A stretch of 64,000 bases of DNA from Lama guanicoe (taxonomy: Eukaryota). The notes under the pieces are model-generated. The model saw only the letters and a list, made by a program, of their open reading frames with translations. It was not told the origin of the DNA and did no database searches. Location of the stretch: contig MU056050.1 of assembly GCA_013239625.1 (NCBI GenBank), positions 4,140,084-4,204,083 of the forward strand. Reading direction: 5' to 3'. This document shows, piece after piece, positions 14,796-26,822 of the stretch. Position numbers and translations under genes: made by a program. Numbering within the stretch: position 1 is the first letter of the stretch; each line of letters opens with the position of its first letter.

Positions 14796-16002
14796 TTATT
14801 CAATAAATACAATTTTTCTATTTCTGTCTCTTTAAAAACCGTGTAAACTACCCCATCTTGAAAATTTTACAGTATTGCATCTTACACACTTTTGAAAGAT
14901 AGCCACAATTTCTAAAATACATGAATAAATACTGAATGCAAATTAAGTATAACACTTTCTATAGGATATTTAAAGGCAATAATATCTCTGAGGCACAGTT
15001 TTAACAAATTCTTTTTAATTAATATTTATGAAATGTAATAATATATGCCTACATTTGTTTCAGTTTATGTTTGGTAAAAAGAACACCCATGTAAATAGTC
15101 CTGGTATTATGTCTCTCCACTTTTTTGATATGAATATGCAATATTTATGTATAGTAATGTGTTTATAGTCAGTGTTCAGATTACTATTTTGTATTGATTA
15201 ATGAATGTGTTAATTTCACCTAGAATACAATACATGGAACACATTCCATTTCATTTATGTCTACACTTTCAAATTTCTCTGAGCTTTTTACCTAAAGAGG
15301 TAAAACTTCCAGACCAGAGCCAAGTTATGTTGAGAGATTTACAGTTTTGTATATCAGCTTACAAATTTGAACCTTTATTTATACTTGATTGCTTTCACTG
15401 TCAGGAAAACACAGTGTTTGATAATATATAAAGTCATACACAGTACACTTATTGTTAAAGCAGTAGATGTAATAGCGTTGTGAGAAAATTTCAGATGTCT
15501 GCATAGCCTTCTGAGTGTCAGGGTCTCCATTACTTTTTGTGACCTATGAAGGCCATTGTGTGTATGAGTGTAAACATCTTGTCCATTGTTAACTAATCTA
15601 TTTGTACATTCATTAATGCTTTTTGCTACTAACATATCCTTGGACAAATTGATGATAGCCTCACCTGTCTCCCCTACACCAGATTCCCCTCCATTGGATA
15701 GGGGTTTATATGAGTGGTTTCAGGGCACAGTCTCATCCTGTTCTCTAATCACTTAATATGTTTAAATGTTATTTTCTTAATCAGATTGTAAGCTCCCCAA
15801 GGGGTTAGGTAATGTTTCCTGCTTCTTTCACATCATCACATCTTTCCAAATATACACTAAATGATTGGTAAAACTTGACTGTCCTGTTGATAAACTAATA
15901 GAACAAAGGCAAGAAAACAAAATGAAATATCAGAAAATTAGAAGTAAGAGAGTTTGAAATCAAATTACTTGAGCAGAGAAAGTGAAGGATTTGAATTGAT
16001 TT

Positions 16003-16244
16003 GTAATAATGCCACATAACTTGTTGAGGTTATATAGATATAATGATCAATATAGATATCTAGATATATATTAGTATAGATAAATAGATATAGATAATAA
16101 TGCCACATAATTTGCTTGAAGTTATATAGATACAACAATCAATATAAATTGTTATATCTATATTTTTATCTGTGTTGATATAGATATCAATGTAGATACC
16201 TATATATCTATATAACTTCAAACAAGTTAATGTGGCATTATTAC
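16003..16244. repeat. Local triplication: two direct copies (16003-16054, 16095-16146) and one inverted copy (16205-16244) of a 40-50 bp unit, with TA/GATA-rich spacers
   Basis: TAATAATGCCACATAA(C/T)TTG..TGA(G/A)GTTATATAGATA twice; reverse complement TATCTATATAACTTCAAACAAGTTAATGTGGCATTATTAC once. Confidence 0.9.
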
Positions 16245-17344
16245 TTATATTTATTCGTCTGTCTATATTTATATATGTTTCTGTCCAGCCTACTAGATAA
16301 TTTTATTAACTGTCTGTGCACCTTTCTAATCTATGAATGAAAACAAGATCTGTCTAGCCAATAAACAAGTTAGATTACCAGTTTAAAAGCAGTTAAGGCA
16401 GAAGATTGGTTATTTTACTGTAGTACCATGAAAATAAGCTTGGTTATTAAATATGATTCAAATTATTTTGAAAACAGTACTATCTTTAGCTTCAAAACTG
16501 AAATAGCCTCAGGGCAAAGGCACTGAAGGAGAAAGGCAGGGTAGTAATAAAACTGGTGGGTCAGTAACAAGTCTTTTTGAAGAAGTGTTCAAATCTGAAA
16601 CTTTCTTTTACACATTCTATGCCAAAATAGACCTTACAAAAACAGGCTTTATAGATTGGAGCAGATTCTCAGGTACAAAGGTATCTGTCTTCAGAAATAG
16701 GGTTTTCTAATCATTTCTGATACAGTGTCTATAGATGGAAAGCAAGGTTGTCCTTAAGAATATTTTTGGCATCTTGTCTATATTTGTATGTATAGCTTTT
16801 GCATTGTCTTTATCAACAAGTAGAAGACACTAAAAAATAAAATGTAGTTCATGAGGCTTGTTTTAAAGTAATATTTGATAATGATACCCTGTTATTTGTA
16901 ACAGACATGAGGAAAACTATTCTTGAATTATTAAATTGAATACATTTCCACTTAATCTCTAATTACAATACAGCCGTAGCATTTCAAGCTGTGATTTTGT
17001 CAAGTCTCCTAAGGTAAGCAGCTGTGAACCTGGTCTGTAGTTAGACAGGAGGCTTCCTCCAAACCTCATGATGCAGAACCTGGTAGAGATGACTCAGCAG
17101 GCTATGTTTCCACCTCCAGTACTACCACAGGCATGCACTGTCAGGTGGGGGAATAAAGGAAAGATTTATCACGTTATTTCTTCTGATAAAAACAGAATTA
17201 TAGGGAAAGAGGCAATTTTGACCCTATGACCTCTTCCTTGCCCTTTGCCTATCTTCTCTAAGAGGAAGGAAGGCGTCAGAGCCCAAGTTTGGGCTTTATT
17301 TGTTGAGAGGGTAGATTCAGCGCTGGTTATATGTTTTATGGGAG

Positions 17345-17590
17345 ACACAACAGTGTAGTAGTTAAGACAGTGGACTTGGGAGCCACATAACATGGTTTGA
17401 ATTCTGTTTCTGTGGTTTTCTGGCCTTGGAACTGGGTCAGTTAGAATACCTTCTTTGGATTTATTCCCTTATCTATAAACATGGGATAATAATAACACCT
17501 ATGCCCTGGGGTTTTGATGATTTAATGAGTTAATACATAAAAACCACCAAGAACAATGTCTGGAAGATTGTAAACGCTTGATAAATTTTC
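17345..17590 (+). mobile_element. MIR SINE
   Basis: GTGTAGTAGTTAAGA..GGACTTGGGAGCCA..ATCTATAAACATGGGATAATAATA. Confidence 0.7.
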
Positions 17591-18229
17591 TTAAACCTTA
17601 ATGGCTTTCCCTCCTTTCCCTTACTTAACTTTACAAAGACAACTTGGAAGCTATTAGAAATGGGGTTTTTTGAGTATGCACTGCAGTGCAATGGACACTT
17701 ACTCACCATTCCTAAAAAGGAGCACACATGGGAGTGAAATAATTGCAGAACTAGCTACTTGCCTATTCACATACAGCTCATCAGTCTCCATTATCTGTCC
17801 AATCTATAGATAAGTTGTCATCAGGGGAAAAGGTATTGTTAAGAACAACTTCGTAATATGCTAGTAGATTATCAGGGGATGGTTTGGAAGGTTTCATTCT
17901 ATGAACCAGCCAGATCGAGGTTCCTACTGCTACTAGATATAAATATGAACTCCTGTACAAAAAAATACATCTTCTCTTTGATTTAGAGCATTGCCCACCT
18001 GATGATAGTAGTTAAATTGGACAGAAGTGACTGTAAAAAAGTATATAGATCAGGCTATAATATCAGACAGATACATAAAGGAAGCCTGTGAAGTTCATTG
18101 ATAAACAGTTGTATTCCATGTTCTGTAGTGTCTTAACTGGATATAGATATCCAGTTATTATTCCCTAACTTAGATACCCCTTACACCTGGCTTCAACTAC
18201 ACCATATACACCAATGCCTCCTCATTTTT

Positions 18230-19650
18230 TATCTTTGTCCCAAACTGACATAGCCAACTGTCTACTTGACATTTTGTACATCAAAACAGAACTTCAAGCT
18301 CAGCATATATAAGCTCAAGACCTTGGTTTTGACTCCTGTGCACCTGATCTTTTATTGTTTCCTATCTTAGTGAAAAGCACCTCTATCCATCCAGCTGTGT
18401 CAACCAGAGTCCTAAGAATTAGGCTTGACACACAATGATCCCTTGTCTTCAGGTCCAATATCCATCTTCTAACGCTTATCAAATCCACTCAGTTCTCACC
18501 TTCTCCACTGCTACCACCCTTTCCTAAGCCACTGGCTGTTTTGTCTTGACTAGACAACTACAGTGGCTTCCTAATGGATTTTCCTGCAACTGCTCTAACT
18601 CTCCTCCGTTAAACTCTCAACACTGTAGCTGGAGTGATATTTTCAGCATGAAAATATGGCCACGTCACTCAACTGATTTCAACAAACCAATATTTTCCTA
18701 TCGTCTTAGGCTAAAGACCAAAGTCTTTAACACAGCCTTTAAGACCCAGCGTGATCTTACCTATGCTCTCCAGTTGCGTGTCTACCTCCTTTTCATTGTT
18801 TTTTTCTGTTCCAGACACACTGGGCCTTTTGAATTTCCTCAGTGACATTACATAACTTCATGCCTCCGACCCTTTTTGGCATGCTGTTCTCTTTGCCTGG
18901 AATACTTTCTACCTATGGTCTTCCCACTTTTACCCCAACATATACCTTACTGTATTAACTCCTTATCCTTCAGGTTTTCGGTAAGGTTTCACTTTCTTCT
19001 GGAAACTCTCCTTGAGTACCCAGACTAGGTCAGATCTATTATGCATGGAGATCCCCTAAACTTACTTTATGGCATTTACCAAGGGTGAAATGGCATGGTT
19101 ATTTCGGCGGCTCTTTGTTTAATGTCTGTCTACCAAAAATGTCTACCAAAAGATTGAACAAAAACATTGTGAGGACAGAGGCAGTATCCATTGTGCTCAC
19201 TATGGTGTCTCCAGTGTTTAACATGTCCTAGAAATAGTCAATCAATATTTGTTGAACAATGCTAACTGAAATTTTAGAGACCCTGGATCTCTGTTTAACT
19301 GGTACATCAGAACCCAAAACTTCATGCTGTTTGATCAACTGCTTCTCAATGCACACAGCTTGGAGGGAAGAATTTTGCTACCTTCAAGTCTCATCTCAGA
19401 TATTACCTCCATTATGATTATTTCTCTGACTCTGCTGGATGGGTCTAAGGGCATCTTTTGCTGTACAATAAGTACATGCTTCCATTATAGCAATTAACTT
19501 ACTTCATTGCAGGCATTGGCTCATCTAATTCTAAAATAAGCACAATCTCCTTTGAAGTAGAAATATTTTTAAAAATATACTTGGATCCCTAGAACCTAAC
19601 ATAGTGCCTGGCATATAGATGGCCCATACACACTTGCTGGATGAATGAAC
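18230..19650 (+). mobile_element. L2 fragments (about 18230-19260 and 19380-19650)
   Basis: TTCTCACCTTCTCCACTGCTACCACCCT, GCTGTTCTCTTTGCCTGGAATACT, ATAGTGCCTGGCATATAG..TGAATGAA end. Confidence 0.75.
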
Positions 19651-20044
19651 AAATCCTTCTCTCTAAACCCTTGCTAATAAATATAATGGTTAGCATTCTG
19701 AAGGCTGGTTCATGTACTTTCAGTTTTATTCTTGAATCACCTTACACCACCAGAAGACTGTATCAGAGGATCATGGTGGCTTAGTATTTGCTGAGTCAGT
19801 TGCACTCACTTTCACTTTAATATTATGCTTTAGGCAGTTATCAAAGGTCATTAAAAATAGCCAAACAGCTATATGGATATCCTGTCTGCATTTATTGTAA
19901 ATCTGTTATGAAGGGCACTGTTCATCATATTGCTCAATGTCCTCTTTATACAATGTCACACAGAAAATTAATTTTATAATAGAATGGCAAAAAGCCTTTA
20001 TCTCTGTGGAATTCTTGTATTTCCTCCTTTCTGACCATGAGAAC

Positions 20045-20275
20045 TATATAAGAGTGCAGACTATGAAGTCAGAGAGTCCTTGGATTTGAATCTTGGCTCC
20101 ACTTAAGTGTTTAGTTTTGTGATACTGGCCAAGATAGTTTTTCCAACCTCAGTAACTTCGTCTGTAAAATGAGGATTATAACACCTGCTCTCCATGGTTG
20201 TAGTGAAGATAGACATGCCAGTGCACCTAGCAGAGTTCCTGGGATGCAAGATGTGTTCAGTATATAGTAAAAATC
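20045..20275 (+). mobile_element. MIR SINE
   Basis: GATTTGAATCTTGGCTCCACTTA..CTCAGT..TCTGTAAAATGAGGATTATA. Confidence 0.7.
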
Positions 20276-21820
20276 ATTGACTTCTTTCCCTTGGCTACCA
20301 GGAAGCACAAAGACAAACGTGATACTTAACCCTACAGCTATATCAGCTTTTCCACTTTTTCTCTTTCTTGACCTGATTTTGATTTTTTGGAATTTTATTC
20401 TTAAAAGCTACTTCAATTAATTATGGGAAAAAAGCATATAAAATCATAAAAGGATTATTACCTGTGAACAGAGAACTCTTAACAACAACAAAAATCTTCA
20501 TTAGTTAGAAGCCCTTAAGTTATCATTATCATAAACTAATGTAGAGTAGGAAATGTTGAGATTTAAGAGACAGAGAAGAAAATCCCCAAATTTGTAAAAG
20601 TCCCCCCCTCCCCTTTTAGGTACCACAGTATCATAAATATTACCATTAGGGTATCCTCTCCCGATAGGACCCTTGAACAAATGTAAATACACAAATATAC
20701 ATTAAAGTATTATTGACTTTTTATCATCAGAATTAATAGGATCAAAGACAGGAAGGATTGCTTAGAGGAAACGGGAATGAAGAGGAGAATACAAAGGAAG
20801 GAGAAAAATCGGTTAAAATATTTTAAAAAGAAAAAAAAAACAAAATGAGAGAAGAACACAGAATATTGCCTTTGCTCAAATCCTAATTTGCTTCAAGTAG
20901 ACCTGATCATACTGTTCTTTGGGATATAAATTAAAGAGGAAACAATTGCTTTACAATATGTCCTCTAACTAAAGAGACCAATTATGGAACATGCATTTGA
21001 ACTGATCACAGTTCTCCTTGTGAAAAAATGGGAAAAAGTGGGCAAGATGATAGAGGGCAATAAGGTAGATTGTGATGTGAATAATTAATGATGATAAATG
21101 ATCACCGGTTTTATTTGTTCAACAAGGATTTATTATATGTCTGTGATATGCTATGAAGGCATTAAATCTTAGGAAATAGAAAGATTAATGAGATATAAAG
21201 TCTTTCCCCTCAATGAATTGTCATTGTAGTGTGACAAAGAGACAAAAATAGAAGGACCAGGAAAGGAGGCCAAACTTGTTCACCAAACACTTACATGAGT
21301 AACTACTATGTATTAGGAACTTTGCCAGGAACTGTGGGTACATCAAATGTATTTTTTAAAATTAAAAGTCTTATTTGTATGTATTTGTACATATTTAAGT
21401 ATATATACATCTTACATATATTTAATTACAATAGCTTCTGATTTGTGATGACCTATGTTGCACTACAGGTTTTCCATATATTATCTCTATTCTTCACAAC
21501 AAATATGCATGACAGAGGACATTCTTTCAGTTTTACAGATGAAGATACTGAGGTTTAGTGAAGTGAAATAGGTAATAAGTGACAGAGGTGACATTCCAAC
21601 TCAGGCCAGTGCCCTTTCCCCCATCACACTATATCCACTACAATATTCTTTTCTGGGCCTTTGCCAGTACCAAAAAAAAGGGGTGAGTGTGGCATGAGGA
21701 TGAGACCAGGTAAGTCAATATGCTCCAGTCCCAGTGCCTGGTCACTGAGTGATTTGGAGAGCTACTGAAATCTGGGTTATCCCCAGCCTTCCTATCTTGC
21801 CCTGCCAGCATCTTGCTCGT

Positions 21821-22352
21821 TGTAGTATGTAGCCTCTAAGATGGTCCCCAGTGAGTCCTGCGTCCTAGTTTTCATATCCTTATGTAATCCCCTCTTTTGA
21901 TATTGGACTGGCCTAGTGACTTGATTCTAACCAATTGAATCTGGCAAAGGTGATGGGATGGCACTTCCGTGAACAATTTACAAAAGACTGTGACATCCAT
22001 CTCCTGCCTTGTTCTCTCAGTGGCTCACTCTGAGAGAAGCCATCTGCCATATTGTGAGTTGCCTAATGGAGAGACTCACTTGGTAAGAAACAGATGTCAG
22101 CCTGCCTACAGCCACATGAGTGAGCTTGGAAGTCGATTTCCCCTCTACTGCCCTGAGGTGAGCTACAAGGTGAGACCACAGCTCAGGCTGACACCTTGAC
22201 TGCAACCTGGATGAAACATTCTGAGCCATAGAAACCCATGTCAGCTGTGTCCTGATTTTCCTGATCTACAAATATGTGAGATAATAAATGTCTGATGTTC
22301 CAAGTTACTGTGTTTTGGGGTAATTGTTCCATAGCAATCAATAATTTATACA
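21821..22352 (+). mobile_element. MaLR solo LTR (MLT1F/G-like)
   Basis: Begins TGTAGT..CCTCTAAGATGGTCCCCAGTGA; ends AATAAATG..TTTTGGGGTAATTGTTCCATAGCAATCAATAATTTATACA. Confidence 0.8.
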
Positions 22353-22464
22353 TTGTGGAAAAGTGTGTCCCACATTTGTAAATAGCTGATTCAGTCAGAA
22401 CAGTGGCTGGGCTCATGATTCAACATGGCAGCAAGTATATGACTTCAGTCCTTGAAACATTAAA

Positions 22465-22695
22465 ACATTTACTGAGCATTTACCAATCACCAGACCCATA
22501 GTAGATTTTCTTAGTTCTTTAAAACGACTCTTTGGAAATACTGTATTCAACCCCATTTGACTAATGAGGAAACTGAGGCACAGAGTTTTCCAACTTTGCA
22601 CAGCCAGTAAAGTAGTAAAGCTTTGATTTGTACCCAATACTGTGACTCTAGAGTGAACATTCTTAAACAGATATCCATATTGACTCAACTATGCT
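22465..22695 (-). mobile_element. MIR SINE
   Basis: CCCCATTTGACTAATGAGGAAACTGAGGCACAGAG core. Confidence 0.75.
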
Positions 22696-22769
22696 AGATA
22701 TTCCTAGTATATTTCCTAGAGGTTAGCTAAGTGTTTCTGTCTAACAGTTTTTTTTTTGATAGGGACATA

Positions 22770-23800
22770 AAAGGAATATTTATCAAACTTATAGATGAAA
22801 TTAAACTGGGAAGCAGAATGAACGTGATATATAACAGAAACATGATTCAAAAATATCAGTAGATTGGGACAGTGTTCCAAATCTGGCATGGTTACATGTA
22901 ATGGGGAGATGTACCATATTTGCATATTTAAAATATTTAAGTATAAAAGGGAAGCAAAATGGCTTCACACTTAAGAAGCCATGTTAAAGGAGTTTGAGAT
23001 TGTATTTAACAGTAAGCTCAAAGAGTGAATAAGAAAGGTCCTCTGATTTTAGGCAGTAATGATGGAAGTGCAGTACACAGAATAAAGTGAGAGATAATTT
23101 TACTCTTTACAAGTAGGTTGGATTACATGTGAAAGGCTGCATTCAAAATTAGTCACCTGATTTTAAAGAGTTTTCCCCCCACTGGAAAAGTGCATTATCA
23201 GGGCATTGTGGGGGTGGCTGCTGTTCGATGGGAACACTTTGAAAATTTGAGGAGCTGTTTTTTCTGTCTTAAAGTTTAGTTGTAACTTACACATTGCAAA
23301 ACATTTTATTTTATTACAAATTTATTTTATTGCATTTCTCATTTGTATTATAGTTCAAGAGCTATATAGATTTTTATAGATGATGTGGGGAAGTAGGCTA
23401 TATTATTGATGAATTTCATTTCAGGTAAGGGGATGTTGCAGAATATGGTCATTAGATCTGATAAGCTTGATAAGAACAGCACTGGAACATATTCAGGGTA
23501 GAACAAGCAAGGGTGGTAAGGAGACTTCAAAGCATGCCATTTCGGAAACTGGAAAGAGCTAAGGTGGTGTAACAGAGAGAAGAGAAATATGACTCCAGGG
23601 TGGCATGAGAGTTATTTTAAATACTGATGGCTTGTCCTGCAGAACAGATGCTGGAATTATTTTATGTTGTCCTAATAACTAAAATGAGATAAACAAAGGG
23701 AATTGTAGAGAGCAAATTTTGGTGAAATACAAGAGAGACAGTTCCAACAGGACATTATCTGATAGAATGGGTGGCTTCACCCCATTGAGGGTTGCAAGTT
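22770..23800 (+). mobile_element. L3/CR1 LINE fragments (highly decayed)
   Basis: TATCAAACTTATAGATGAAATTAAACTGGGA..ATTCAAAAATATC resembles the CR1 RT segment IKFADDTKLG..IQKDL. Confidence 0.55.
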
Positions 23801-24379
23801 ACCACATGCAGTCAAGTACTCTCTGCTTGAGTGAGTAGTACATGGGAGGTATTCAGTGACTATCTTTGAATAAATGAATAAATTTCATATAAGAGATCTG
23901 AGCATTAGATAGGTCATTTGAATTAGAAGGTTCTGTGCTACTCTGAAAGTCTGTGATTAAGACTGTAACCAAAAGATATAAGTATGTTATGTATCTTTGT
24001 AAACCATGAATTTCAGAATGTTGAGGCCACACATGTGACAAATAAAAAAAAATAATGGCATATCCAATCTGTATGCTACAGAAATGTCGACTATCGTAGT
24101 GCAAAATAGATATTGACCATCAATCTGCACAATATACAGGATCACAAAATTGCCGAAGCCTGTTTTAATAAAACAAATTATTTGCTCAATTTTAGTAAAC
24201 TTTTCTAAATTGAAATTAAGAAAATGCTTTTGTTCTCTTGTTAAATTAAGTTATGGAAGAAGGTGTACCTGGCAAGTATTCTCATTTACCTGGTGGATGG
24301 TCTGATGGCAGCAAGTCAACAATTCAGAGATGAGATTTAACTCATTTAACTCTCCTTATCAATTAATATTGACAGTCTC

Positions 24380-25160
24380 TTTATCAATAGATACTCACTG
24401 AGGATCTATTAAGTGTCCAATGATATGCTAAGTTCTGTAGAACATCTGCAAGGAATAACAAATAATGGCCTATGCAATCAAAGAGCTTCTACTTTAGTTA
24501 GGAAGATAGGATAAAAATATAACATTGATCATAATTTTTAAAATTCACAACTATAAAATTAAGTGTCAACATAAGGAGTCATAAAGGAGTCATAAAATGT
24601 CATATAGGAGAGTTGTGAAGGAGATTACTCAGTACAGGCTGTGACATGGATAGAATTCATGGAGGAGCTGTGACCTTCTTGAACCTTGAAGTTTATTTAA
24701 ATAACATGAGCACACAGTGTAGAAAATAGCTTGATGAAAGCAGAGTAATTGTGTTATGGAAAAGTGGGAAATTGACTTGAACATTAAGCTAAGGGTGATC
24801 CAACTATAGAAGGCTTTGGAAATCATGCAGGGTAGGGCTGGTAAATAGGGAAATACCATAGGTTTTTGAGAAGATGAATGACATGATGGGTGTATCATTT
24901 AAAGGAAATTAGATTAGCCATGGTTTACTGAGTGGGCTTAATCAGGGAGAAAAAAAGAATGTAGAGACAAGTAGGCTGTAATAATCCAGTCAGAGGAGAA
25001 TCATGTTTTAGAATGACATATTTTCTCTGAAAATGAAATTTAAGGTACAAATTTGTCAAAATAATGCTAACAAGATTTGCGTCTTGCCTGGGTATATGAG
25101 ACGGAGAAGAAGAGTGAGTCAAGTGGCTACAAAATTCTAGGCTTAAGAATTGACAGAGAA
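24380..25160 (-). mobile_element. L2 fragments
   Basis: ATCAAAGAGCTTCTACTTTAGTTAGGAAGA, GAGACAAGTAGGCTGTAATAATCCAG, GTGGCTACAAAATTCTAGGCTTAA. Confidence 0.6.
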
Positions 25161-25448
25161 AAGAAAATTAAAAAGAAGACAAGCAAAGTAAGGATGTAGA
25201 TTTCTAAACTGATTAAATATTGAACAAATGAATTTAAGATCGCTCAATAAAAATCAATGAAAGATGCACATCCTCCTGACTTGCAGGGTTCTTTGGTGAC
25301 ATATCTATCTTCTGATTTCCTCACAATAGCAGTCCCAAGTACAAAACCTCAGTAACCTTTGGTTTCTTATACTGGAATATATAAGGATAAAGTAGACTTT
25401 AGAATTTGGTATTTAACAGTGCTACAAATGATGTTAAGAATTCCTAAA

Positions 25449-25625
25449 TGGGGTGGGTATAGCTCAAGCGGTAGGGTGCATGCTTAGCATGCACGAGATC
25501 CTGGGTTAGATACCCAGTACCTCCTCTAAAAAATAAATATATACATAAATAAACCTAATTACCCCCCCAAAAAATAAATAAATAAAATTAAAACAAAAAT
25601 GTTTTAAAAAACTGTTTAAAAAAAA
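25449..25625 (+). mobile_element. tRNA-Ala-derived SINE (camelid vic-1 type); TSD AAGAATTCCTAAA at 25436-25448 and 25626-25638
   Basis: GGGGTGGGTATAGCTCAAGCGGTAG (A box), GCATGCTTAGCATGC anticodon arm, decayed B box, AAACCTAATTACCCCC body, A tail, exact 13-bp TSD at a TT|AAGAA site. Confidence 0.9.
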
Positions 25626-26443
25626 AAGAATTCCTAAACAAAGTATCATGGTAGATATTAGGGAAAGCAGGAAGCTACCATAGTACCATCATTGCCCCAT
25701 TCTTAAGAAACTTAATAGAAGATAAACAATATAGAGGGATGGAGGATAGAGCATTGAGAAAGGGAAAGGCCTGAGTGCTGGTTATAATTTCATGTCATCC
25801 AGATGTTCTCATTGACCATTTCTTATCTTGGCAAGGAAAACTCTGTTCTGCTTATAACAACAACTGCCTTCGGCATCATTTCTTTTTGAAGGCAGATATC
25901 TATATCTATCTATCTATCTATCTACCTACCTATTTTGTACATACATATAAAATCTCCATAGGTATCGCCTGTGCCCAAGCAACAGTGGAAACATAGGGAG
26001 TTGACATGTTTTGGGAAAGCATTCTATATATCTGTGGGAAACGTGAAGGTAAATATCATATTCTTTCATATGCAAATGTTCTGGGAAATTACTAATGGGA
26101 CAGGAAGACACAAAGAATAAATAAGAAAAAAATCAAGAAATTTGAACTTCTAGAACTTGGCTTATGTCCATGTTATTCCAAAACAACTTCTTAAAAATTA
26201 CAAGAAAACTGCATTCAGATGAGTTTGATGTTATAACTGACTGGAGTGGATTCTAATGCACTGCACATAGTAGGTATTCAATAAATGTGAATGATTATAC
26301 TAATGATTTAGTAAAATTTTAAACTTTTTAACCTGTTGGGTTGGGATGTAGCTGAAGTCTTACTCTGGTGTAAAAAAAAAAAAACACTAGTCAACTAGAT
26401 TGACAACTCTAATTGATTATACTGGTCACCTCAAACCCCTTTG

Positions 26444-26822
26444 TTTCATACCCTTTGACCAACATCTCACATCCTCTACTTCCCTGCCCTGATACCCACC
26501 ATTCTACTCTCTGCTGCTATGCATTTCACTTTTCTAGATTCCACATGTAAGTCAGATCATGCAGTTTTTCTCTTTCTGTGTTTGGCTTATTTCACTTAGT
26601 GTTATGTCCTCCAAGTTCATCCATATTGTCAGAAACGATGAGATCACCTTCTTTCTTAAGTCTGAATAATATTCCATTGCTATTGTGCATAATGCCGCCA
26701 TGAATGCAGTAGTAATCCTTTCACTATGCATATGTATATCTAATCATCATGTTGCACACCTCAAACATATACAATTTTTATTAAAAAAGTTGAAAAGAAA
26801 ATTTTAAAGAAATTTAAAAAAA
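26444..26822. mobile_element. L1MA-like insertion with 5' inversion (minus segment about 26444-26709, plus 3' end about 26710-26822)
   Basis: Antisense TAGATTCCACATGTAAG..TGGCTTATTTCACTTAG joined directly to the sense terminus CATGTTGCACACCTCAAACATATACAATTTTTATT plus A tail. Confidence 0.75.

Noticed and set aside
16003..16244. CRISPR-like or miRNA call for the repeat-spacer structure
   Set aside because: Eukaryotic context, only three diverged units with one inverted, and low-complexity AT-rich spacers.
25450..25525. tRNA-Ala gene (also 53853-53925)
   Set aside because: Degenerate B box/T arm, SINE body, A tail and TSDs identify these as SINE heads, not functional tRNAs.
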